A program made the position numbers and the translations under genes. A stretch of DNA of 63,754 nucleotides, filler included, from Hyphochytrium catenoides (taxonomy: Eukaryota > Protista > Hyphochytriomycota): NCBI GenBank assembly GCA_900088475.1. It is 9 parts of 9 records of this genome, joined end to end, with 100 filler letters (N's around TTAATTAATTAA, not from the genome) between each part and the next. Parts side by side here need not be neighbours in the genome. Positions count along the whole stretch, not along the records: positions 1 to 21,641 come from FLMG01001647.1; 8 more parts are not named here. One strand, 5' to 3'. The notes under the pieces are model-generated. The model ran no database searches and had not been told where the DNA came from. It saw only the letters and a program-made list of their open reading frames with translations. Below, piece by piece: positions 1 to 12,086 of the stretch. Position 1 is the stretch's first letter, and every line of letters starts with the position of its first letter.

Positions 1-1207
1 GGGGAAAGAAACCTTATATAGATAAGAGAACGATGAGGAGAAGGACCCGTCGTGAGGTGATAAGTGGAATAGCAAGGGATGGAAATTCCTCGGAGTCTGA
101 AGACTGGCACCAAAGGGAAGAGGACTGAGGAGATATTCTCGGAGCTCACCTATGAGGGAGGCTGAAGCTGCTTGTGATGCCGTAGCTCTCCTTTCTTCTC
201 CAAAGACTGAGGGGTACATCTCATGCAGTCTTCGTTTGAATAGACCTCCTAATGCTAGGTAGCTTGCCGACCACACAGCTTCGCGGGTGAAGGTGGGAAG
301 AAATCCCCTATAGATTCCAACAGGGCCTTTCTCTCGTATGACGACATTCATCGCGCCAAGCAAAGAATAGCTAGACCGCTGTTGCTGAATCATGATTAGC
401 TCTGCGGGTGACCCTACCAAAGCTGAGACCCCGCCAGCGGTACCCGCTATGAGAAGCTTTTCTGAGTCAGCCAGGTGGGCTTTCCCGGCTTCCCCGGAGG
501 TCAATCTCGCTGGATAACAGATGAAGAAAAAAAGCAGCGCGATGTAGGAGTAGGACAAGAAAAGAGGCAGAGATAGAGTCAGACTCATAGTATACGAGAG
601 CAGAGAGAGTGAGAAGAAAGAGAGAGAAAGAGGAAGACTAGCGATCTAGTTGTTCGCGTTGGACGGACAGAGTAAAGACTAAGTCCCTTGTGGTACCGTT
701 CAACAGGTAATTGCCCAGAACGCCATTCACACTGAACTGGATGGCCTAATAAGAAGAATGTCAGATGTGTCCAGCAGCTATCCCTCATCTGCTTTCCTTC
801 TCGCACTTTTCTATCTTTTCGTGCTTTTCTATCTTCTCGCTCAAGCTCTCTGTCAAACACCCGGCCCGCCTCTCTCCTCGTCTCCCCGAGCTCTTCAAAT
901 CCCTGTTTCCGCACCGTGATAGGAGCAATGGAGGCGCACGTGACCAGTAATCCTCGGTACAAGTGACTTGGCTTCCAAGAGATTGGTCTTCCTTCCTGAA
1001 GAGTGTACCATAGCCAGTCCGAGATGACGTCAGGGTCGGGGGCGGAGGCTCAAGGAACAAATAAGAGGTTAACGGCCTCACCTGCAGGGCATTCTTAACA
1101 GCCACCGTTGGTTGCTGTATGCACACCTCTACAATGCCAGCTAGAGAGCCAATCACCGCGTGCTCTGCACCTGTCAGCTGTTGCCTAGGTCCCCCGCTCA
1201 TCGTCAT
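1..1207 (-). CDS. Mitochondrial carrier (SLC25) family protein, 3' end not resolved in this window
   Basis: Exons 1082-1207, 915-995, 697-745 and <=509 join in frame through GT-AG introns. Carrier-type signatures: QQPTVAVKNALQ, LYRGL, GSPAELIMIQQQ, GIYRGFLPTFTRE. Confidence 0.9.
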
Positions 1208-1891
1208 ATACCGGCTGATGAAGAGGTGGGTCGACCTACCTGGGCCTACGACAGCCCGGGGAACTAGAAAGAAGTGATGAACTATCTCAGCCTGCGATGA
1301 GTTCTACATGTGGAAGAATGACTTCTGGTTGCTGGCGCTCGGTCCCTTGGATGGCCTGACAGTCTTCTCATTGTCCGTCGCTCCTCTCCACCTGTGTAGG
1401 TCTTTGACTTGCTCATCACTCATCACAACTGGACCAACTCTCCACATCATCGTCTGACTCTTGAACCATCAACAGCTTCACAGCACTCAGAATTGGTTCG
1501 CTTGTCAAAGGCCGCTAACGACTACTGCTCTGTGGTGTCTCCAGAGGGGTTGTCAGCTGCAATGGTTATCTTCTTCTGCCCATGTCAGAGCCGCTAACCG
1601 ATTTCTGGGGCTTTAATAGGCTGAGACAGAGACCTGAGAGAGATGGATTTATTCCAAATAAGAAATGATTACGGGGAGAAACAGAGAGAGCAAGAGATGC
1701 AAGAGGGGTGGAGGAGCAGAAAGCGGGAGCTTGAAGATGCGAACGTCATTCCATAAACAGCAGCGGGCCTCTCATAATGGAACACCGGCGATGTCTCCAT
1801 CGACTGATTTGTTGGGCGCTGCGGAACTCTTTGTCTCTGTCATAACTCCGTCGTTGACTTGCTATTGAGGCCGAGCTTAAACTTGGGAAGG

Positions 1892-2064
1892 ATGGGAGAG
1901 ACCTACCTTACAAAGTTTAGATCTACCGCGATCTGGATGGTCCATGTAAGACTCGTCCTTTTGAACAGTCTCCGACTTTTCCAAGTCCTTGGGGCTCCCA
2001 CTTGTGTACGTGGGTCATTTCACATTTCACCCATGCCTCNNNNNNNNNNNNNNNNNNNNNNNNN

Positions 2065-2114
<50 letters not shown>

Positions 2115-3464
2115 GCTCGCTCTTTTCTTCTTCGCTCTGTCTTCCCAGTTTTTCTTCTCAATCCTCATTCCATCTGTTCCTGCGGTTGCACTCTCCATAC
2201 TTTATCTTTCATTTTCCTTTCTGGCACCGACCATCGCCACTTCTTCTAGTCGTTTTCTCTAACCATCTCGTGCTATGTTTGAAGGGGACGAGTGCCATCT
2301 GTCTAGTGTTGGTCACCTGGTGGATGGGGAGTCTTAATACCGCCTATTCCACCGCGAAGAGTAATTCTGGCGCTAATGTGATCACAGCCACAGACAGATC
2401 AGGCTTCTCTTGGGCTGAGAATGATCCGCGTGTGTTCAACTGGCACCCCGTCCTCATGCTCACNNNNNNNNNNNNNNNNNNNNNNNNNNNNNNNNNNCGG
2501 GCCGTCTTTCGTTTTCATGCGGAGCAGCACATCACTGATCTCTATAGTCTGCATAGCTGGCTTGGAATGTTCACGGTGGTGACGTACTGCGTGCAGGTCA
2601 ATGCTACAAGAAGCTAGCTGTCTGGGACATCCCACTTTGTTTTTATGCCTGGCTGTCATTTGGCGTGCTTCCTTACCTTCTTTGCAAAAGCCTTCTTCTT
2701 CACTTCGGCTCCATTCTTGTCCTTGTTCTTCCGGCAACTTTGTCCTGCCGTATCCTATCTCTTTGGTTCTTGTCGTTATGGGTTCATTTACACCTTCTGA
2801 GTCTTCTGCCGAGCATTCGTGCTTGGCGTCCTTCAAAGCTCATCTTTTTTTGGGGGGCTATCTCTCTGAAGTTTACGTTTCTTCTTCTTGCAGTGGATCA
2901 TCGGCTTCTATCATTTTTTCTACCCACGATCTCAGGATGAGATGCGGGCTCGGATGGTCCCAGTTCATGCCTTCGGAGGCATCTTTGTATATGGGTTGGC
3001 CCTTGGGACTGCAGGTATGGGGCAAAACGAGTAGTTCCATTTCTAACCCTCTTTTTGTATGCCTATACCCTTGTCTCTTATTCCTCGTGCCTGGTCCTCT
3101 AACGGCAACCGAGATCTGAACGCCACTGAAGGTGCTCAGACCATCCCACCCCCCATTCTAGCCTCCTGACCCTCACACGTCTTACACTATTCGTTTCTGA
3201 CCTCTCTTGCCGGCAGTTACGGGTATCCTGGAAAAGTTGACGTTTAACGGCAGCTGCAATCTTAATGGCCTACTTAACGGAGAAGTACTACAAGGAGCAA
3301 TGGCTCCCGAATGCAAAGCGGCCAATGTCCTGGGACTGATGATTTACATCCTTGGGTTCTGTGCACTTTTTGCTGTGATAGAGAAGAGAACTGCACAAAA
3401 GAAGAAAGAGGATGAAGAGCTGCCCCCATCTGCTCAGAGGTTGCTGCAGCCCAGTCAGTTTTGA
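1892..3464 (+). CDS. Cytochrome b561 / ascorbate-dependent transmembrane ferrireductase, multi-exon with N gaps
   Basis: Heme-ligand motifs FNWHPVLM, AVFRFH and LYSLHSWLGM. The C-terminal exon GILEKLTF...C...ANVLGL ends at the stop at 3464. The start codon is inferred. Confidence 0.88.
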
Positions 3465-4324
3465 GCTCAAGCTCCTGTTCTCTCCTATGTTTGATCCTCC
3501 ACTGTTGACCCTTCACCGCTCTATCCTGCAAGCTGTTCTTTGTTCTCTCTATTTGCGGTATCGTACTCCGCCGATAGTGTCTTGCTGACACTCGCACCAA
3601 TATGCTGCTGACGAGTGCAAGCTCTTGTTTCGTTTCCCTTATAGAAATAGAAAGTACTAGAGAAAAGGAGGCAAACCAACATGGAATCCTTTGGCACCTA
3701 TGCGTTGTATGTCACTTGATATGGCCGAGCGTCAAGGCTATAAATAAAGGCGCCATGACAGGCTTGAGATTCATAGATGTACTAGCATGTTACGAAACGA
3801 GTGCTTTATCGGGTATAACTCAACTGCAGCGGTCCTCTAGTGCAGATTGGACAGGAATTCGCAAGGCACGTTTCCGGACATGCCAGTGGAGCTTTGGGGG
3901 CTCCTTATCCCATCTAGAGTTCATCCAAGCACACTGTTTGACTTTATCAGGAAGACACCAGCCAAAAAGTTCATTCACCACAAGTCCGAGCGTCCAACCT
4001 GATTGCAGTAGGGGTTTACTTGACAAGTCATCACTATTTACCAGCGTGAGCGGGAAGGATGGAGAAGCAAGGCAATGAGTCCAGGATCAGGTTACCCCGC
4101 TTGTCTTTGGAGAAACTGACTCTTTGAGCATTCACTCTTCCGCACGGCCATAAGAGGTTCTGAAGATTCTGAAGATCTTCGGCTGAAAGACCTTTGATCG
4201 TTACTGCCCTGCATCAGGGATATATAGGGTCAGGTTCATATTAATGAGTAGTGCTATTCTTGATACGCCGACAGGCCACGTCGAAATCGTTGTGTCGCGT
4301 TGAAGTTCTGATGGAGAGTCCGAA

Positions 4325-4500
4325 GAGAGAGAGAGAGAGAGAAAGAGGGAGACAGAGAGAGACAGAGACAGAGAGACAGAGACAGAGAGAGACAGAGACA
4401 GAGACAGAGACACAGAGAGAGCGAGAGACAGAGAGAGAGACAGAAAGAGGGAGAGAGAGAGGGAGAGAGAGAGGGGGAGAGAGAGAGAGGAAGAGAGATA
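4325..4500. repeat. (GA)n/(GAGACA)n microsatellite
   Basis: Seen directly. Similar GA/CT tracts occur at 4797-4890, 27519-27750, 47775-48300, 48850-48900 and throughout 51274-63754. Confidence 0.95.
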
Positions 4501-4662
4501 CAGCACTCAGGAAGAGAGCCCTTGGCCCTTCAGCTCTCAATCAATCATCTCTTCCTTGCCTTGCTCTCTCCGCTTTCTTCATGATTCATCGCAGTCTCCC
4601 ACTTACAGAGCCCAACGTACAAGCCTCCCAACCTTCACAGCTGCCATAACAACGCAATCAAA

Positions 4663-6848
4663 ATGTTCCGAAAAATCGTCGTTAACAGGCTCTCCAGTGA
4701 CTTCAGGGCCGCCACGTCGATCATCGAGGCAAAGCTTCCTGTCCCAAAGGTAAGAGGAAAGCCTAGGGAAGGATGGAAAGCCTTGTGAAAATCAAAAGAG
4801 AGAGAGAGCGAGCGAGAGAGAGCGAGCGAGCGAGAGCGAGAGAGAGAGAGAGAGAGAGTAAGAGACAGAGAGAGAGACAGAGAGAGAGACATCCCTGTGT
4901 TCCTCTACTGTTCTGAAAAAGGTGGCCTTGCGCGACAGCGTCATTAAAGACCTTTCTCAGGATGACCAAGTACTAGTGAAGAATCGCTTCGTCGGTGTTA
5001 ATGCCTCAGACATCAACTACACGGCGGGGAGGTATCTTCCAGGTGTCAAGCCACCGTTTGACGCTGGTTTTGAAGCAGGTAGCGGCACGTTCCTTCGTAA
5101 TCTTCTAAATGTTCGACTAACTTCCCTAGTTCTATGCTTTATGCTCCCTGTGGCTCCGTCTCGGTTGTCTGGTCCATGTCGTGTGTCTTGGAGATCTTTC
5201 ACTCCTTTCTGCCACCACGTTCTGCTTCTTCTGCTGGTATGCCACTATCTCATTGGCTCTAGGATTTCACATCCATCTAACCCCAAATATCTCTGCTAGT
5301 GGGAGAGGTGGTGGCTTTAGGCCCCAAGGCGGAGAGGCTGAATGTAGGAGACTATGTATGCTCTTCAGGTGACGAAGATTGTCTCCTTCCGCTCTTATCC
5401 CTGTCTTGTCTGGAACTTCCACCTTGACTTTGCTATCAAGTCCTTTTTGGTTGGTTGGGTTAGGAACTTGGGGATTACCCTTTGTCTCGCTGATGTCGTT
5501 GTTGACGGGCCTGTTCTCCTCCCTCTCAACCGCCTTTAACCTTGTTCTTTGACTCACCTACAATGTTACTTCTCTCCGCCTTCTAGCCTACGGGGCTTTT
5601 GCTGAGTATCAGGTCCATCCCAGCAAGATGCTGATCAAAGTTCCGGTTCTCCGTCCCGAAGTCCTGTCTCTCCTTACAAGCGGTCTGACTGCCTCAGTCT
5701 CACTGGAGCAAGTGGGCCAGATGAAGACTGGGGAGACAGTGCTCGTAACAGCCGCGGCGGGAGGAACAGGGCAGTTTGCTGTCCAGTTGGCCAAACTAGC
5801 GGGCAACCATGTCATTGGAACTTGCAGGTAAGGGGACCACCTTTCTTGGCTCTTCGTTAGCGTCGGTGGTGGTGTGTTACTCCTAGTCACCCCTTTGCCC
5901 TGTCAGAGGCGATGACCTTGCTTCTTCGAAACTTGCAAGACTTGCGTTGGCTGTGGTTCATATATGCTTCCATCCCTATCAGTTTTAGTCCTTACTGAAA
6001 GAAAACTTAGGGTGGCTATTGGTTCACTGCTTTGAGCCTCTCTAAAGTCTTCCCCATCACTCTCCCCTTCTCTCTCGGCTGTTGTTTTAGCTCTCAAGAT
6101 AAGGTAGACTTCCTTCGAAGCATAGGGTGCGACAGAGCAATCAACTATAAGGAGGAGGACCTCTTCCAGGTCCTCAAGAATGAGTATCCGAAAGGCGTTG
6201 ACCTGGTCTACGAGGCTGTGGGAGGAAAAACGTTCGATGTTTGTCTGAACAATATAGCTGTTGGAGGCCGTATTATCATTATTGGCATGGTGTCAGGCTA
6301 TCAAGATCAAAGTGCCTGGACGGAAGGATCCGGAGAGGGGGCACAAAGAGAGAGGAAGCAGGGCGGGGCGCCAATCGCTGTGAAGCTACTGAGAAAGTCT
6401 GCTTCTCTCCGCGGTAAGCCTAGGCTTTATTTGTCAAAATCCTGCTAAATACCGTCAAAGGCTACTTAGTTCTCTAGCGGTATCCCTCTCTTTTACCAAA
6501 GCGTCTCTTAGCCCGCTATTGGACCGGGATACTCTAGTTTTTCTCTTACGACTGTCAAGCCCTCAGTCAATTGTGCTCGGACCCCTTCAAGGTTTCTCAT
6601 TCTCTAATTTTGTCGCAGGTTTCTTTCTCCCTCACTATGCAAAGCACTGGAAGACTCATTTAGGTCGACTTCTGGACCTGTGGCAGAAAGGAGATTTGAA
6701 GGTGACAGTTGACCCGACATCATTCCAAGGACTAGAAGGCATCTCGGCGGCGATAGAGCATATGTACAACGGAAAGAATATTGGGAAGGTCGTTGTGGAT
6801 TTAGGAGCCCACAAAGAGGGAAAGGACACCACGAGCAGTCACTTGTAG
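4663..6848 (+). CDS. PTGR3: Prostaglandin reductase 3 / ZADH2-like MDR-family NADPH oxidoreductase
   Basis: Exon 4663-4749 [21 protein letters not shown], then [68 protein letters not shown] and GKNIGKVVV. These match the ZADH2/PTGR3 family. Confidence 0.92.
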
Positions 6849-6919
6849 AGAAGAGTGAGTGACAGATGAAGGGCCTTGCTATGACAGAGGAGGGGTTGTA
6901 GAGTTAATATGTTGCATTA

Positions 6920-9900
6920 CTAGGCCTCGTCCCCTCCTAGCTCACAATACTCAAGGCCTCTGAGCTTTTGGTGCAATGAATATAAAAGGTCATCTAAAGT
7001 CTCCTTTACCCTCTTCCTTTCTTCCTTTTCTAGCTCATTAGTCACTTCGTCCTTGAGGCCCTCCTCGTCCTCCTGCACCCTCTCCCTGATGGTGCTGATA
7101 CCATCCATAAGCTCGCAGCGGGTCTGTTCTGGCAACTGCAGGGTAGGGAGAGCAACTGAGAGTCAGCAGCGAACCTTGAAGCCATTGTGCCATACAGAGA
7201 AGTCGTGACAGACCCTTAGAACGCGGGAGCTGGTCAAAGATGGAATGCCGGGCGGGAGCCCTGTACAAAGCAAGGAAGCGACACTTAAAGAACTGGAAAA
7301 TTCTCGCACCAGGGCTCTGTCTTTGCTATCTCCCATGATCAGGTTAGAAACCACCCTGCAAGCTAGGATCGCCACCTCGAAGTCCTTAGCAGATGCACTT
7401 GACTCGAGGACGGAGAGCTGCGAAGGAGAGATAAGCTGTTATCAGGAGAGATAAGCTGTTATCAGGAGAGAATTTCAGCAGAACTTGGAAGAGATTCTAG
7501 AGGGCGAGAAATAATAGGGAAAGAGAAAAAGAGATACAAACAAACCGAACCAGTCAGAGAGCGTACCAGCTTGACACATGTGCCATACTCCTCACTGAGC
7601 AGGATCTCCCTATGTCTATCGTCGCCTGCGACATTCACTAAGACACCACAAACGTTGAAAAGGATGTCCCTGTTGCCGTGATCGAGCAGAACCACTAGAA
7701 GCTCCAGCACACGGGAGGCTGACATTGAAGCCCGAACCTATCAAGCACACCATACGAGAGACAAGAGAAAGAGTCAGAAGTGACTGAGAAGACCTAGTAG
7801 GGGAAGAACTAAGGGAGCCATGTGGATAAGCAGACAGTGATCAGGAATGGAAGACAGAGACAGAGAGATAAAAGAATGAACGTACGGAATAGAGAGAGAG
7901 GACTGACGGGAGAAAGGCTACCTCTTCGCTTCGTGAGAAGTTCCCGTACGCCCTAAGGCCTTCTACCACAGCCTCCTCATTTTCATGAAGAAGAACAGGG
8001 AGCAGTGCTCTTGTCACCTCCATCCGCTCACCCCACAGCGGAGATGAGGCAGAAGAAGGGATGTCCACCTCTTCTTCCGAGCAATAGAAGGAGAGATTGG
8101 TGATGCAGCTCACTACGAGGGGAGTGAGCAAGAGCAGCCAGAGGCATTGTTATTAGCAAATATTAGATGGGAGGCCGTGGACAGCAACACTGCCCTAAGA
8201 CGCGGTACCGAAGAGAACGCAGACAGAAGTGAGCAAGTTCTCTTGTCGTGGGAGACGCAAAGATGAATGAGCAAAGTTCCGCACTTAAAGACAGATATCA
8301 AGACCTTCAGCGCAGACCTAGTGAGAGGACGTGAGGCCAGCTGCTCACCTATATTTAGCATAAGCTCCTCGAAGACTGAATCCTTAGTCACAACTTTTAG
8401 GAGCTGGGGGAGCAGCAGAAGCTCTCCCTGACGAGAGAGGCTCTCTCCGACCGTCGAGTTGATAGCGAGATTGGCTAGGAGGCGCACTGTCTTCACTAGC
8501 AGGTCGGCCACTTCCCGCCCTTTCCCTTCTCTTTCGTCCTTGTTTTCCTATTCGGTAGGTTGGCAGCAGGAAAAATCGAAAGGAATTGGACTGAGTGAGT
8601 GAAAGCGACGTGGCCGGGACAAAAGAGAGGGTTGCATTATGAGAGTCCCGAAGTGGCTTTCACGTCGGAGATTCGGACGGCCTTGAAGACAGGAGGAAGT
8701 GAGGAAGGTGACGTTTGACTAGTGTACAGAGGGAGGAATGTAGCCCTTACGGAACTTCCTAGGAACTTCTTCGCGTAGAAGGAAAAGACTTGGATTAGCT
8801 GGGGCACTGCCTTAAGCTCCGTCGCCAGAATGACGCGGGCGTCATCACAGAGTGCTGTGATATTACCAAGAGTAAACGTGACACGGACAAGAAGAGAGAG
8901 GGATGAAGGAGAGAGTGACATGGTAGCAGATGGATTGTCCTGCCCCAGTAGGCGTATCAGACTCCTGAGATATCGAGCAGATCGTGCTAACCTCCGTGAG
9001 CCTTCCTCAGGGACAGACAGCTGTTGAGTCAAGATAATTAGTCCATTAACTAAGATAGAAAAGGCAGTGAAAAAAAATGGCTATTCAAGACGAGAGTGGA
9101 AAAAATTAGTTGCAGAGAGTCAGGGAAGAGCAGTTTAGTAGGTTATGAGCATGGTGGAGATGTGAGAGAAAGTGAATGGCAACCGGAGAAAGATACGGGT
9201 GGTGCTTGTAGATAGATTGACAGATGACAATGAGTCAGGCGGCAGTGTCCTGACCTTACTCAAGATTCTGGCCACGTTGAGCATAAGCTCTGCATGTTCG
9301 TTATACGGGTCCACGAGGTTGCAAGTGGCTTCAGCCACTCCTCTGAGCCAGAGAAGGCGATGGAACTTCGAGTTTGCAGAGAAATTGCGTAAAGCAGAGG
9401 TCACCTGCACGAGGATCTGGGCCAACTGCTTCCGAGAAAGAGAAGATGACGACTCCGTGAGGACATCCTGGCATTGTAGGACAGCTGCCAAGCAGTCAAT
9501 GCACCCATTGTCGACTAAAGCATTCTGATTCTCCTTCGAGCTGTTAGAGAGGTTCTGTGGAAGGAAGGAAGCGCAGAGAATAAAGAGCAAAAAGGGGAAA
9601 GAATCACAGGCGGCATGCCAGATTTTAGATGACTTCGCTTTAAGTGAGATGCATGTGCGATAGAAGGATAGGCAGGGCATGCCAAGTGAACATGGCCAGA
9701 TTACAAAGGCGAGGCAGGCAACTTTAAAGGAACTCCACGCCACATTCCGAAAAGCTGGACGTAGGTAGCGTGCTCCACATATCATAAGTAGAAAAGGCGC
9801 CATTACCTTCAGAATACCGCTTGCATAGATTAAAAGATCTGCTCCATAATTGAAACGCCCGGTGCAGACGCCAGCACGCGGGGTCGCGGCCTCCCAAGAA

Positions 9901-11451
9901 CACTCGCTCTTATCTCTTTCGCCATTTCCCTCTATCTCTGGCCCTTGAGGGGTGACGATTCTTGTCACCAACTGGTCCACTTTGTGGCTAATAAATATAT
10001 CGTCGTTTGAGGGGTTCTGGCTCAGCTTGAACAGTATTTTGACAAGGGCAAGGATGCCCGCATCAACACTTCTCGAGACCTCTTCGTTGCTTCTAAGGAT
10101 GGACGAGCAAAGGAGGAGCTGAACAGAGAAGTGATGGTGAGAGTGGGTGGTGGAAGCTGTGACACGAACGACGAAATAATCGCATGGCGTAGCGTTCTAG
10201 GCGATGTTATAAGTCTGGTGCCGAGAGGGGGCAGCCCGTTTGGGTGCGAGGAGCATCTTACTCGTAAGGCAGGGCGAATGTATGGAAGTAGAAGCCCAGG
10301 CCCCGCATCTCTTGTGCTGATGACTCGATAGAACTGTTGCAGAAGTCGATGCCGAGCCATCTCCAGGTGATCTGTATAATATCCACGACAAAGCAGCTTT
10401 TAAGTACCGCCAAAACGTATGCGCCAGAAATACACAGAACCAGACGAAGCAAGGAAAAAGACTCGCTTTAACCCGAAAGAGATCCGGGAAAGTGTCCGAA
10501 GCAGACTGTAGGCAGGTTAAAAGTGTCGGAGCCTTGGAGTCGAGCAACATCAACAATACAAGGACACAGGTGCAATAGCGAACAAGATGGAACGAGAAGA
10601 GAAAGAGGAAACAGAGAAAGAGGGAACCAGGGCCTCGGACAAGATGGACGCACCATTGTTACTGATCTCATGAACATTTGCCAGGTGGTCAGTGATGGAC
10701 CAGACACCCTTTGTGAATTCCACATTGTCGAGGTTCTCCGGGTTGGTTCTTTCTAAGAGAGAGGCCAGCTGGAGAGCATCGATTGCGGCTTGGGGAGCCT
10801 AGGGACTAAACGCTTCAGAGCATGAAAGCCTCACTTCGTCGTCACTGGGCTTACATCCTCCTCTTCCTCGTCCTGCTNNNNNNNNNNNNNNNNNNNNNNN
10901 NNNNNNNNNNNNNNNNNNNNNNNNNNNNNNNNNNNNNNATCTCCTCTGCTGCCTCTTCTTCCCTGATTTAATGGCTCAGGATGCCTTACTTGCCCAGTTA
11001 GCTTTCTGATAAAGGGGCCACAGTTAGCAGACGAACAGCTTGCTACAGAGAAGATGCCAGACGATCTGCTGGTAGTTGCTGTGCTTTCGAGATCGTAGTT
11101 TGAGAGCAGGAAGAGGGAAAGACGGAGAAAGGCGGAGACGCTAGGGTCAAAGGTGTGACATCAAGGGAGTGAGGAGGCAAGCATTAACCTTGGTATGCCT
11201 CTTATTGACGGTGAGCTGAGCTTCTCTTGGGCTGAAGGAATATCTACTAGCTCAATGTTGCTGATCATAAAGGCCGACGTTGGTCGGGAGGTTGGTCTAT
11301 AGTCGGATCCAGAAAACAAAGGCCGAGCTTTCTCAGCGGGAGTAAAAGGCCGAGACGGATTTTTCAAAGAGGCTCGCGCCTCTGCTAGCACCGTCGATAT
11401 CCGACCCCGCGGCCTCATTGGATCCGGCTCTTCAGGATCAGAGTCTCTCAT
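6920..11451 (-). CDS. ARMC2: Armadillo repeat-containing protein 2-like, multi-exon
   Basis: The N-terminal STVLAEARASLKNPSRPFTPAEKARPLF resembles the ARMC2 motif EAR..L....RPFTP. ARM segments include DLLIYASGILKNLS, QVTSALRN, ELMLNVARILSK, VRVTFTLGNIT, KTVRLLANLAIN and RAYGNFSR. Confidence 0.85.
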
Positions 11452-12086
11452 CTTGCCTTCAATCTCAGTTTAATCACACTCAAGCTCTGACTTGGTGAGC
11501 TGTGTCTCAACTAGCTAATTGAAAGAATGTGACCTCTTGTACTCTAAACCTACCCAGACAAGGCTCAACTTTGTCACCTTCTGTCGCGCCAGGTCATGAT
11601 GCGAAGGGCTGCAGCGGGCGGCTGATGAGTGCATGCGTTGCTGATGTTCTGCTACCTCGATGGGCCTGATGCCATCCGCATCCGTTCCATGCTGCTGCTG
11701 CAGTCTGATGGTCGAGTAACGACCGTGAGCTATTTTGAAATAAGTATAATCATTATCTGTGATCTATGCAAACTCACCTTTCAGAAACAGGAATGCCCCA
11801 TGAGCGCTATTCAGAACCTGTGCAATTATATCCCATATAAGATGTTATGTGGTAGCTGAGCAGGTGACACCAACTGCACATATGAAGCTGAAGAGACGTG
11901 GTGGCCACTTTGGCACTTTTTTCAGACTTCAGAAGCTGCAAAAATCAGAGGTCAAGGTAAAGAAAGTTCTGTGAGCTAGGCGCTCATTGCTCCTATATGA
12001 TGAGAAAGAGAGGGATATTGAGGACGTCTCAGTAGTAAAGGGGAGCAGGAGCGAAGGGGAGAGACATACAAGGTGAAGCTGCAGCC

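Noticed and set aside
7424-7470. 20-bp tandem duplication AGGAGAGATAAGCTGTTATC
   Set aside because: A local slippage or assembly duplication inside an ARMC2 intron, with no coding effect.
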